From positions 8,575 to 72,574 of the forward strand of contig VAWW01000026.1 in assembly GCA_005884575.1 (NCBI GenBank): DNA of 64,000 bases, read 5' to 3'. Numbering within the stretch: position 1 is the first letter of the stretch; each line of letters opens with the position of its first letter. Source of the DNA: Actinomycetota bacterium (GTDB taxonomy: Bacteria > Actinomycetota > Thermoleophilia > Gaiellales > Gaiellaceae). Below the pieces are notes generated by a model. It did not search any database, had not been told where the DNA came from, and saw only the letters and a program-made list of their open reading frames with translations. The translations under genes were made by a program, and so were the position numbers. Shown piece after piece: positions 16,931 through 25,790 of the stretch.

Positions 16931-17484
16931 TGACGGACAACGACCGGCTCGACTACGACAAGACGACCGAGCTGCTGCGCACCCTGCTCGATGTCCGCTT
17001 CAAGCTGCTCGCGTTCGTGCCGACGATCTCGGGGGCCGCCGTGGCATTCGTGGGACACGGGGCGAAGCCGGCCCAGCTCCTCAGCGTGGGAGTGCTCGGG
17101 CTCGTGGCAACGCTCGGGGTTCTCTTCTACGAGGTGCGGAACTCGCAGCTCTACGAGTACGCGCTGCGCCGAGCGGCCGAGCTCGAGAGGCGGCTCGGCC
17201 TGGGACTCTTCGCGGAGCGGCCTGGTCTGTCGGTGCGCCCATTCGGGATCGCGGCCGCCGGCCACCACCGCGGCATCGCGCTCGTCTACGGCGCCGCCCT
17301 CGGCGGCTGGGCGTACCTCGTCGCGTGGGGCGGGCTGCGCGAGCTCGGAGTCGGCAACCCGCGGGGCGCGGGCGCGCTGATCGGCATCTTTCTCGGCCTG
17401 CTCATCCTCGCGGAGCTCCTGCGGCTCGACGTGCGTCCGAAGGAGGCGACACCGGAGCGCGCGTCAGCCGCGCCTACGCACTGA
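16930..17484 (+). CDS. hypothetical membrane protein (about 4 TM helices)
   Basis: The ATG at 16930 overlaps the previous TGA by 1 nt (TGATG). The protein is 184 aa, MTDNDRLDYDKTTELLRTLLDVRFKLLAFVPTISGAAVAFV... No recognised family. Confidence 0.65.
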   Translation: MTDNDRLDYDKTTELLRTLLDVRFKLLAFVPTISGAAVAFVGHGAKPAQLLSVGVLGLVATLGVLFYEVRNSQLYEYALRRAAELERRLGLGLFAERPGLSVRPFGIAAAGHHRGIALVYGAALGGWAYLVAWGGLRELGVGNPRGAGALIGIFLGLLILAELLRLDVRPKEATPERASAAPTH

Positions 17485-18478
17485 CATCCTCCGGCCGCCC
17501 GCTCTCGAGCGACGCGGCCGCCGCGAGCGAGACCGCAAGCGCGAGCCGCGCCTGCGCGCCGGTCCCCTGCTCCGGCGCACGGCCCTGCTCGACGCACTCG
17601 ACGAAGTACGCGATCTCGGGGCCCCAGGGATCGGTGCTCTCGACGGGGACGGTGACCGGATCGCCGTCGGCGGGATACAGCCGCAGCCCGCGCGGCGCGT
17701 CGCTCGGGCCGATGTTGCCGCCGTCCTCGGCCGGGGCGGCGCTGAACCCGTACTCGGCGACGCCACGCTCGCAGAGGACCCGCACGTTGCTCGAGAAGGG
17801 ATACGACTTCGGCATTGCCATCGAGCCCTCGCCGATTCCCTGCGCGCCGTCGTAGTCGACCGTCGCGACCACGTGGCCGGGATGCGGCGCGCGGGCGTAG
17901 ACCTTCCGCGGCGTCCCGAGCAGCCAGTTCATCTGGTCGAAGTCATGCACGAGCAGGTCGACCGGCACGCCGCCCGACTGCGCCGGATCGGCCATCCATT
18001 GGTTCCAGTCCGCCGGCGGCGAGAGCCGGAACGTCGAGACGGCGAGCGGCCGCCCCAGTTCACCGCCCGCGATTCGACGCCGCAGCTCGACGTACTCCGG
18101 CCAGAAGCGGAGGACGAGGCCGACCATGAAGAAGCGGTCGCTCTTCTCCGCGGCCGCGACGATCGCGTCCGCATCCTCGAGCGTCAGCGCGATCGGCTTC
18201 TCGAGGAAGACGTGCTTGCCGGCGGCGAGTGCTGCCTCCGTCGTCTGGCGGTGCAGCCCGGTCGGCAGGCAGACGTCGACGACGTCGATCTCGGGATCGC
18301 GGATCGCCGCGTCGAGATCGGGATTCAGCTCTGCGCCGAGCGACTCGGCCACGGCCGCCGCCCGGGTGCTCGGCCGCGAACCGACCGTCTTCACCCGGAC
18401 GCGGTCGCCGAGCGCCTTGTAGTTCGCGGCATGCGAGGCGCCCATGAACCCGCCGCCGAGAATCGCGACGGTGATCAT
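17474..18478 (-). CDS. Gfo/Idh/MocA-family oxidoreductase
   Basis: The ATG at 18478 overlaps the upstream TGA (ATGA). Motifs MITVAILGGGFMGASHA and HVFLEKPIALT. The rest of track ORF 17474..19144 is run-on. Confidence 0.9.
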   Translation of the reverse strand: MITVAILGGGFMGASHAANYKALGDRVRVKTVGSRPSTRAAAVAESLGAELNPDLDAAIRDPEIDVVDVCLPTGLHRQTTEAALAAGKHVFLEKPIALTLEDADAIVAAAEKSDRFFMVGLVLRFWPEYVELRRRIAGGELGRPLAVSTFRLSPPADWNQWMADPAQSGGVPVDLLVHDFDQMNWLLGTPRKVYARAPHPGHVVATVDYDGAQGIGEGSMAMPKSYPFSSNVRVLCERGVAEYGFSAAPAEDGGNIGPSDAPRGLRLYPADGDPVTVPVESTDPWGPEIAYFVECVEQGRAPEQGTGAQARLALAVSLAAAASLESGRPEDVSA

Positions 18479-19293
18479 TCGCGCGGCTGGCGGAAGCGGT
18501 CGTACCGCGGCGCGATCCGGTCGTGCAGCTTCTCCATGTCGCGCACGAGGTTGACGACGGAGGTCGCACCCCACTGCAGGAACTGCTCGCCCTTCTCGAC
18601 CGTCGACTCGCTCGGATTGCCCCAGACGCCGCCGCCCTCCTCGAGCAGCGCCCAGAACGACCCGGGCGTCGAGAGGAAGACGGGGTCGAGGAGGGCGAGC
18701 GGATGGTTGGCGAACCCCTCGAACTCCGGCACGAAGTCGCGGACGCGTTCCATGTCGACGAGCCCCTCGTCGATCGCGAGCACCGCGGAGGTCTCGCCGA
18801 CGTTGGCGTGCAGGCCCGCGCTGCCGGACAGGTACGCCTCGGCCTCCTCCGGCTTCAGCCCCTGCCAGTACGGGAACGGGTAGACGCGGACGCCCTGCGG
18901 GAGCTCGTCGAACATCTGCGCGGCCGCGTACTGCATCGCCCACGAGTTGACGTAGTGGCCGTTGACGAGCGCGATCCGCTCGAAGCCCGCCTCCGCGAGC
19001 GTGACGCAGATGTCGCGCAGCAGCGAGACGAACGTCTCGAGCCGGACGTAGACGATCCCGCTCGCGCCGCGGTGGTCCGGCGCGAGCCCGAACGGCACCG
19101 GCGGGCCGACGAGCGCGTCGAGCTCCTCGGCCGCGCGCTTGCACACCTCCAGCGGGATGTACACATCGGTCCAGAGCGGCCCGTGGTCGCCGTGATCCTC
19201 CGTCGAGCCGACGGGGACGAGCACCATGCGTCCACCGCCCTCCATGTACTCGCGCACCTGGAGGTTCGTCATCTCGGGCATGTAGCGCTTCAT
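18475..19293 (-). CDS. creatininase-family amidohydrolase
   Basis: The ATG at 19293 overlaps the upstream TGA (ATGA). Motifs VLVPVGSTEDHGDHGPLWTD, ALVNGHYVN and LHANVGETS. Confidence 0.85.
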   Translation of the reverse strand: MKRYMPEMTNLQVREYMEGGGRMVLVPVGSTEDHGDHGPLWTDVYIPLEVCKRAAEELDALVGPPVPFGLAPDHRGASGIVYVRLETFVSLLRDICVTLAEAGFERIALVNGHYVNSWAMQYAAAQMFDELPQGVRVYPFPYWQGLKPEEAEAYLSGSAGLHANVGETSAVLAIDEGLVDMERVRDFVPEFEGFANHPLALLDPVFLSTPGSFWALLEEGGGVWGNPSESTVEKGEQFLQWGATSVVNLVRDMEKLHDRIAPRYDRFRQPRE

Positions 19294-20084
19294 TGCAGCC
19301 CCAGTCCGCGCAGGTGCTCGTATGACCGCTTCATCGCCGCGTTGACCTCGGCGAGCGGCGGCCACGGCTCGCCCGAGAACTCGAGCTCGACCGAGTACGG
19401 GCCCCTGTAGCCGGCCGCCTCGAGGATCCGCAGCACCTCGGCGAAGTCGACGACACCGCTGCCGATCGCGCCGAAGTCCCAGTTGCCCTTGCCGCCGGTG
19501 GTGTCCTTCAAGTGGACGTGGACGATCTCGTCGACGACCTTCGGGATGTCCTCGACGGCGCTGTCGCCCGAGTAGTAGACGACGTTCGCCGTGTCGTAGT
19601 TGATCTTCACGTTGTCGCGGCCGATCTTCTCGAGCAGCGGGAGCGTCACCGCGCCCGAGGCCATGATGTCGCCGTGGATCTCGAGGCCGATCACGACGCC
19701 CGCCTTCTCCGCCTCGTCCGCGAGCGCGTTGATGTTCCCGAGGAACGCGGCCTCGTTCTCGTCCGCCGACTGGTGTCCGCCGACGGCCGTGTTGACGATC
19801 GGGATGCCGTACTCGCCGGCCCAGCGGACGCCCTTGATCCCGTGCTCGAGCCCGTCGGACGTCGTCAGGTCCGAGTGCGCCGAGAGGCTGACGGGATTCA
19901 GGCCGTAGCCGTCCAGCTTGCGTCGCAGCTCTCCCTTGTCCGCGTCGAGATCGACGTGCTCCGTCCAGCCCGGCACGGCCGACAGCTCGACGTTCGTGAA
20001 GCCCGCGGCGGCGATTCCCTCGAGGGCCTCGTCGTGCGAGTAGGTGTGATACGTGTTCGTGTGACCCGCGAGGGAGTTCGTCAT
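19290..20084 (-). CDS. sugar phosphate isomerase/epimerase (xylose-isomerase-like TIM barrel)
   Basis: ATG at 20084 with GGAGG 6 nt upstream. Motifs GFTNVELS, IGLEIHG, VHVHLKD and YSVELEF. Confidence 0.85.
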   Translation of the reverse strand: MTNSLAGHTNTYHTYSHDEALEGIAAAGFTNVELSAVPGWTEHVDLDADKGELRRKLDGYGLNPVSLSAHSDLTTSDGLEHGIKGVRWAGEYGIPIVNTAVGGHQSADENEAAFLGNINALADEAEKAGVVIGLEIHGDIMASGAVTLPLLEKIGRDNVKINYDTANVVYYSGDSAVEDIPKVVDEIVHVHLKDTTGGKGNWDFGAIGSGVVDFAEVLRILEAAGYRGPYSVELEFSGEPWPPLAEVNAAMKRSYEHLRGLGLQ

Positions 20085-20141
20085 CGCCGCCTCCAGAGGG
20101 AAGGCGTGGGACGCCCGCGACGGACGCCCCACGCCGGTCGA

Positions 20142-21287
20142 CTACATCGTGAAGCTCGGATCGACCTTCGTCGCCGCGAACTGGCTGTTCAGCTTGAACG
20201 CCTTTGCGTCCGCGCGTGCCTTTGCCCGGTTCGCCTTCCTGTTGGCCGGTCCCTGGAGCGCGTTCGTGATGACGTCGCTCGTCGAGAGCAGCTTCTTCGT
20301 CTGACCGAGGTCGTGGATGACCTTCAGGTAGTTCGCCCAGCCGGCCTGGTAGTTGTAGCCCCAGCCCTGGCCCGCGCGATGGCTTGTGCCGTACGCGTGC
20401 GCGAGCTCGAGCATCGAGTCGAGCGCGAGCTGCGGCTTGAGCGTCTTGCGCAGATCGGGGAGCGAGCCGTACGTGATCTGCGCCGCCGCCCGCGGGTTCG
20501 CCTTCGTGAACTCGAGACCCATGACGACGCCTTGCAGGAACCGCGTGTAGAGATCCCGCTTCTTCGCGTCGTTCAGGTCGGCCGCCCGCACCGAGTAGAC
20601 GTTCGATGGCTGCTTCGACCAGGTCGAGCCGATTAGGTACTTCAGCTTCAGGCCCTGGCCGGCGAGCTGGTGGCGGAGACCCTCCCAGGCGAGCGCCGCG
20701 TCGGCCTTGCCGGTCGCCGCCGCCTGCGTCCACTGCGCGCCGGAGGTCACGTACTTGACCGACTTCGGGTCGATGCCGAGCTCGACGAGCATCGGGTCGA
20801 CGATCACCTGCCAGCCGGAGCTGCCGAGCGAGATCGTCTTGCCCGCGAGATCCTTCGGGGACGTGATCGGGCTGTCGACCGGCAGCGCGAAGTCGAAGAC
20901 CTGGCCCGAGATCACGTCCCAGACCGACTTGACCGGGATGCCGCCGTCGATCGACGCGGTGAGGACGCCCGGCGACGGGTAGCCCATGTCGGCGCGGTTC
21001 TGCGCGACGAACTTCGTCGACGCGAGCGCGTCCGAGACCGAGCCCGCGATCAGCTGCGCATTGATCCCGAGCTGCTTGAAGTAGCCCATCTTGATGGGAA
21101 CCCAGAGGTTGAAGTCGTCCATGACCTGCAGCGTTCCGCGCGGCGAGATCCAGCGGACCGTCTGCAGTCCTGCGGCCGAGCGGCCGAATGCGCTGCCGGC
21201 GTTCAGTAGCGAGCCGGCGGACAGGAGCGTCGCCCCTGCTGCACCGCGTTTCACAAGCTCGCGGCGCGAGATCGTGCTTTCCTGCAT
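20142..21287 (-). CDS. ABC transporter substrate-binding protein, NMT1/THI5 (NitT/TauT)-like
   Basis: ORF track, 381 aa. AAAGGAGGAGGG lies upstream. The N-terminus has a Tat-like signal (SRRELVKRGAAGATLL). Confidence 0.85.
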   Translation of the reverse strand: MQESTISRRELVKRGAAGATLLSAGSLLNAGSAFGRSAAGLQTVRWISPRGTLQVMDDFNLWVPIKMGYFKQLGINAQLIAGSVSDALASTKFVAQNRADMGYPSPGVLTASIDGGIPVKSVWDVISGQVFDFALPVDSPITSPKDLAGKTISLGSSGWQVIVDPMLVELGIDPKSVKYVTSGAQWTQAAATGKADAALAWEGLRHQLAGQGLKLKYLIGSTWSKQPSNVYSVRAADLNDAKKRDLYTRFLQGVVMGLEFTKANPRAAAQITYGSLPDLRKTLKPQLALDSMLELAHAYGTSHRAGQGWGYNYQAGWANYLKVIHDLGQTKKLLSTSDVITNALQGPANRKANRAKARADAKAFKLNSQFAATKVDPSFTM

Positions 21288-21309
21288 CCCTCCTCCTTTG
21301 ATTTCCGAA

Positions 21310-21362
21310 GGCGCCGCTTGTCGGCGCCGACGTCAGGATGCGCAGGCCCTGCCTGCGCATCC
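21310..21362 (-). other. two intercistronic stem-loops between the permease and the binding-protein gene
   Basis: GGCGCCG-cttgt-CGGCGCC (21310-21328) and GGATGCGCAGG-ccctg-CCTGCGCATCC (21336-21362). They sit in the 118-nt gap of an otherwise overlapping operon. Confidence 0.6.
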
Positions 21363-21405
21363 GTCTGAAATGACCGGTCGACACGCCGAGATAGCGACGC
21401 ACGCA

Positions 21406-22257
21406 CTAGGCCTCCCAGCTCGCCCAGCGCTTGCCGACGAAGTAGAACAGGACGTAGATGCTGACCCCGAGCGCCGCGATGATCAGGATCACGGCGCCGA
21501 ACTCGTCCATCCGGGCGAGCGACGAGTAGTAGACGAGGCGCTCGCCGAGCCCGCCGGACTCGCTCGCTGCGACCATCTCGCCGCCGACGGCGGTGAGCAG
21601 GCCGAAGATCGAGCCGACCATGAAGCCGACGATGATCATCGGCAGGGCGAGCGGGAACCGGATCTTGCGAAAGATCTGGAACGTCGACGCGCCGTACGAG
21701 CGGGCGAGCGCGATCTTCGCGAGGTCGGTGCGGCGGAAGCCGGTTGCGGAGTTGATCATCACCATCGGTCCCGCCGCGAGCGCGACCGCGATGATCAGCG
21801 GCCACGAGCCGAAGCCCATCTTCAGCCGCAGGAAGGGGACGAACGCGATCATCGGCGTCGTCACCATGATCAGGACATACGGCGCGATCACCTTCTCGGC
21901 GAACGGCTTCTGCGTGATCAGCGCCGCGAGCAGGAGCCCGACCGCCGAGCCGATCGCGTAGCCGGCGAGGAACTCGTACATCGTCACCCAGAGGTGGTGC
22001 GCGTAGACGGCCGTGAACTCGTTCGCGAGCGTGCGGACGACGGCGATCGGCTTCGGGAAGACGTACGTCGGCGTGTTCGTCCAGCGGAGGATGAGCTCGA
22101 GCCCGAAGAAGACGAGGGCGAAGAGGGCGATGATCGAGCCGACCTCCATCGTGCTCCTGGCGCCGCGGATCGAGGTCAGGCCGGTCCAGTCGATCGGGCC
22201 GTGGTCGGCGGTCGTGCGCTTCTCGAAGCTCGGAATCTCGTCCCGCAGCTCGCTCAC
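21406..22257 (-). CDS. ABC transporter permease (NitT/TauT family)
   Basis: ORF track, 283 aa with 6 TM-type segments. The GTG start overlaps the ATPase stop (GTGA). Confidence 0.9.
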   Translation of the reverse strand: MSELRDEIPSFEKRTTADHGPIDWTGLTSIRGARSTMEVGSIIALFALVFFGLELILRWTNTPTYVFPKPIAVVRTLANEFTAVYAHHLWVTMYEFLAGYAIGSAVGLLLAALITQKPFAEKVIAPYVLIMVTTPMIAFVPFLRLKMGFGSWPLIIAVALAAGPMVMINSATGFRRTDLAKIALARSYGASTFQIFRKIRFPLALPMIIVGFMVGSIFGLLTAVGGEMVAASESGGLGERLVYYSSLARMDEFGAVILIIAALGVSIYVLFYFVGKRWASWEA

Positions 22258-23033
22258 TCGACCTCCAGCAGGTCACGCCCACCGGTCTCGACGACGCGCT
22301 TCATGTCCTGCACGAGCTCGATGAAGCCGGACTCGAACATCATCTCGACCGTGCGCGGGCGGGGCAGGTCGATCTCGTACACGCGGGCTAGGCGGCCGGG
22401 CCGCGGCGTCATCACGACGACGCGGTCGGCGAGGAAGATCGCCTCCGAGATGTTGTGCGTGACGAAGACGATCGTCTGGCCGCTCTCGCTCCAGAGGCGC
22501 ATGAGCAGCAGGTTCATCTCGTCGCGCGTGAACGCGTCGAGGGCGCCGAACGGCTCGTCCATCAGCAGCACGCCCGGGTTCTGCGCGAGCGCGCGGACGA
22601 TCGACGCGCGCTGCTGCATGCCGCCGGAGAGCTCGCGCGGCATCGAGCCGACGAAGTCACGGAGACCCGTCTCGCCGAGCAGCGCGTCGATGCGCTGCCC
22701 GTCGACCGGCCGCTTCTTGATCTCGAACGGGAACTCGATGTTCTGCCGGAGGTTGCGCCACGGCAGGAGGTTCGCGTCCTGGAAGATCATGCCGATCTCC
22801 TTCGGACGCGGACCGACGACCGGCGTGCCGTCGAGCAGGATGCGTCCGCTGCTCAGCGCGTGCAGTCCCGACAGCGCCCACAGCAGCGTCGTCTTGCCGC
22901 AGCCGCTCGGCCCAAGGATGCAGACGAGCTCTCCCTCATGGACGTCGAGCGAGAAGTCCTCGAGCGCGTGCACCGCGCCGCTTTTCGTCGCGTAGATCTT
23001 GCTTGCGCCCTCGATGCGGAGCTTCGGCTCCAA
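22254..23033 (-). CDS. ABC transporter ATP-binding protein
   Basis: ORF track, 259 aa. Motifs [18 protein letters not shown] and LLMDEPFGALD. The TTG start follows the VOC stop codon directly. Confidence 0.9.
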   Translation of the reverse strand: MEPKLRIEGASKIYATKSGAVHALEDFSLDVHEGELVCILGPSGCGKTTLLWALSGLHALSSGRILLDGTPVVGPRPKEIGMIFQDANLLPWRNLRQNIEFPFEIKKRPVDGQRIDALLGETGLRDFVGSMPRELSGGMQQRASIVRALAQNPGVLLMDEPFGALDAFTRDEMNLLLMRLWSESGQTIVFVTHNISEAIFLADRVVVMTPRPGRLARVYEIDLPRPRTVEMMFESGFIELVQDMKRVVETGGRDLLEVE

Positions 23034-23412
23034 CTAGAACCACCCCTCCTCGTCCGGATTGCCGTACTGCATCAACTCGACCACGGCACCGTCAACTTCG
23101 ACGAACGCGACGCGGAGAAAGTTGTCGCCGCGGCCGGTCGGGTCGAACGGCTCTGCGAGGACGTTGTGGCCTTCGATCGCGCTCTCGACGTCGTCGACCC
23201 GGTAGGCGACGTGCGGCTGTTCACGCAGGAGGCCGGTCACCGGGCTGTCCGGCTCGAACCGGAGCCACTCGACGTGGCAGGAGCTCGCGCGCGGGCTCGT
23301 CACCCAGACGCGCGTCGCCTCGACGAACGTCTCGCCGTCCTTCGTCTCGTTCGTGACGAGGCCTATGTGGTCGAACTTCGAGCGGTCGATGGTCAGGAGA
23401 GGTTTCTATCAT
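23034..23412 (-). CDS. VOC (glyoxalase/bleomycin-resistance fold) protein with a disrupted 5' end
   Basis: The track ORF (89 aa) starts at the GTG at 23303. The same frame stays open to 23405 and encodes the conserved N-terminus LLTIDRSKFDHIGLVTNE with no ATG/GTG/TTG. The ATG at 23412 is one base out of frame; an AAA run (plus-strand TTT 23403-23405) lies between. Alternatively a CTG at 23396 is the start. Confidence 0.6.
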
Positions 23413-23428
23413 TGTCCGATCCAAGGCC

Positions 23429-23453
23429 GCAATCGGTTGCGGCAATCGGTTGC
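23429..23453. promoter_or_regulatory. tandem LacI-type operator-like dyads
   Basis: GCAATCGGTTGC-G-GCAATCGGTTGC in the 63-bp divergent gap. Each unit is GCAA-N4-TTGC with a central CG. The same unit pair occurs at 31875-31898. Confidence 0.5.
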
Positions 23454-23475
23454 ACTGGTCCAGAATGGCCACGGC

Positions 23476-24705
23476 ATGGCGATCGACTCCGAGCTCCGGC
23501 TTGCGCGCGAGGGTGGAACACCCGCCCGGACCGGGCCGGAGCGGCCGATGTTCCCCGGGGGCATGGAGGTCGGCGACGAGGAGCTCGCGGCGCTCGAGCG
23601 GGTGATCCGCAGCCGCAACCTCTTCCGCTATTACGGCGTCGGCGACGGGCCGCAGGAGGTGTCCGCCTTCGAGGAGGAGCTTGCCGCGTTCATGGGCTCG
23701 GCGCATGCTCTGTGTGTCAACGCGGGCTCGTCGGCCCTGATCTGCGGGCTGATCGGCGCGGGGGTCGGTCGCGGCGACGAGGTGATCGTCCCCGCGTACA
23801 CATGGAACGCGACGGCGAACGCCGTCCTTGCCACGGGCGCGCTGCCGGTGCTCGCGGACGTCGACGACTCGCTGACGATCGATCCCGAGGACGTCGAGCG
23901 GAAGCTGACCCCGCGGACGAGGGCGCTGCTGTCGGTGCACATGCGCGGCAACGCGGCGAACATGCGGCCGCTCGTGGACCTGGCGAGCGAGCGCGGGCTG
24001 GCGCTGGTCGAGGACGTCTGCCAGGCCGCGGGAGCCTCGTTCGAGGGCCGGCGGCTCGGCACCTTCGGCGATGTGGGCGCGTTCAGCCTCCAGTTCAACA
24101 AGATCATCACGACCGGCGAGGGCGGCGCGATGATCACGGACCGCCGCGACGTCTACGAGACCGCGATCGAGGTGCACGACTGCGCGGGGCCGGTGCGCTT
24201 CGGCGGGCAGCCGCCGAGCTTCCCGGGCTGGAACTTCCGCGCGTCGGAGCTCACCGGCGCGGTCGCTCGCGTCCAGCTGACGCGGCTCGACGGGCTGCTC
24301 GAGCGGATGCGCGCGAACCACGCGCGGCTCGCGGCGGCCGTGGAGCAGCTCCCGGGTCTGACTCTCCGCCGCTCGAACGACGTGGCCGGCGATGCCGGCG
24401 TCGCGCTGATCGCGTATGCGGAGACGGCGGCGCTCGCCGCCGACGCAGCCGACGCGCTCCGAGCCGAGGGGGTGCCGGCCGTGCAGATGTACTCGCCGGA
24501 CGTCGTCGACATGCACTTCTATCCGTTCTGGCGACCCGTGCTCGACGCGCTCACGGCGGCCGGGATGCCGGCGCCGGAGTGTCCACGCACGCTCGACCTC
24601 GTCGGCCGCGCCGTCCACGTCGACGTGCCGCCGCAACTCGACGAGCGCGACGTCGAGGAGTACGAGCTCGCGCTGCGAAAGGTGGCCCTCGGGGTGCTCG
24701 TGTGA
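23476..24705 (+). CDS. DegT/DnrJ/EryC1/StrS-family PLP aminotransferase
   Basis: ATG at 23476 inside track ORF 23353..24705. Motifs GDEVIVPAYTWNATANAV, VHMRGN and FSLQFNKIITTGEGG (PLP lysine). Confidence 0.85.
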   Translation: MAIDSELRLAREGGTPARTGPERPMFPGGMEVGDEELAALERVIRSRNLFRYYGVGDGPQEVSAFEEELAAFMGSAHALCVNAGSSALICGLIGAGVGRGDEVIVPAYTWNATANAVLATGALPVLADVDDSLTIDPEDVERKLTPRTRALLSVHMRGNAANMRPLVDLASERGLALVEDVCQAAGASFEGRRLGTFGDVGAFSLQFNKIITTGEGGAMITDRRDVYETAIEVHDCAGPVRFGGQPPSFPGWNFRASELTGAVARVQLTRLDGLLERMRANHARLAAAVEQLPGLTLRRSNDVAGDAGVALIAYAETAALAADAADALRAEGVPAVQMYSPDVVDMHFYPFWRPVLDALTAAGMPAPECPRTLDLVGRAVHVDVPPQLDERDVEEYELALRKVALGVLV

Positions 24706-25790
24706 CGCTGCGCGTCGGCGTCGTCGGCGGCGGCCTCGTCGCCCAGGCGATGCACCTCCACTACCTGGCAGCGAAACCTGATCGGTTCGCGCTCGCGGCG
24801 CTCGCCGAGCCGAGCGGGACGGTTCGCGAGGCGCTCGGCGCCCGCTATGGGATCCGCGGTGTCCACGCCGACTACCGCGGGATGCTCGACGCGGGCGGAC
24901 TCGACGCGCTCGTCGTCTGCTCGCCGGCCGCCACGCACGCAGAGGTCGTCCTCGATGCGCTCGATGCAGGGCTCGACGTCTTCGTCGAGAAGCCGATGTG
25001 CATCACGCTCCGCGGCGCCGACGCGATCGTGGCTGCCCGCGACCGCACCGGCCGCGTCGTTCAGGTCGGGACGATGAAGCGCTACGACCCTGCGTACGAG
25101 CGGATGCTCGGCGAGCTGCCGGAGTCCGCGGAGACGCTGCGCTATGTCAGCGTCGTCGTCAACGACCCGGAGTTCGAGCCGTTCTTCGGGCCGGGCGAGA
25201 TCGTCCGCGGCTCGGACGTCCCGCGCGATCTGATCGAGGCGACGATCCGCAGCGAGGCCGAGCAGGTCGAGGAGGCCGTCGGCGCCGGCGATCCGGAATC
25301 CGTGCGGGCATTCTCGGAGAGCTACCTCGGGAGCATGATCCACGACCTCAACGTCGTGCACGGGCTGCTGGAGCGGATGGGCGAGCCGCTGCCCGCGGAG
25401 GTCGTCGACGGGGCGTGGTGGAACGAGGGGCGCGCGGTGGCCGGCGCGCTCCGGCTCGCGAACGGCTCGCGCTGGGACAGCGCCTGGATCCAGCTGCTCG
25501 CGACGCACGACTACCAGGAGACGATCGCGCTCTTCTTCGACGAGTCGGTGCGCTCGCTGCACTTCCCGTCGCCGTGGCAGAAGCAACGGCCGACCCTGTA
25601 CCGGCGGGCGGAGCGGCGCGACGGCACGAACGCGGCGCAGGAGTGGACGGCGTTCGAGGAGGCGTTCTCCCGCGAGCTCGACCACTTTCATGCCTGTGTC
25701 ACGGCCGGCGTTCCGTGCCGCACGCCGCCGGAGCAGGCGCGGCTCGACATAGAGGTGCTGACGCAGATGTTCCTCGCGGCACGCGCGTGA
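24702..25790 (+). CDS. Gfo/Idh/MocA-family oxidoreductase
   Basis: The GTG at 24702 overlaps the upstream TGA (GTGA). Motifs VTLRVGVVGGGLVAQAMH and DVFVEKPMCIT. Confidence 0.85.
   Translation: MTLRVGVVGGGLVAQAMHLHYLAAKPDRFALAALAEPSGTVREALGARYGIRGVHADYRGMLDAGGLDALVVCSPAATHAEVVLDALDAGLDVFVEKPMCITLRGADAIVAARDRTGRVVQVGTMKRYDPAYERMLGELPESAETLRYVSVVVNDPEFEPFFGPGEIVRGSDVPRDLIEATIRSEAEQVEEAVGAGDPESVRAFSESYLGSMIHDLNVVHGLLERMGEPLPAEVVDGAWWNEGRAVAGALRLANGSRWDSAWIQLLATHDYQETIALFFDESVRSLHFPSPWQKQRPTLYRRAERRDGTNAAQEWTAFEEAFSRELDHFHACVTAGVPCRTPPEQARLDIEVLTQMFLAARA

Noticed and set aside
21288-21405. TPP riboswitch upstream of the NMT1/THI5-like binding-protein gene.
   Set aside because: Reading the minus strand, I do not see the conserved CUGAGA / ACCUGAUCUGGAUAAUGCCAGCG cores. 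The two hairpins are simple GC stems.
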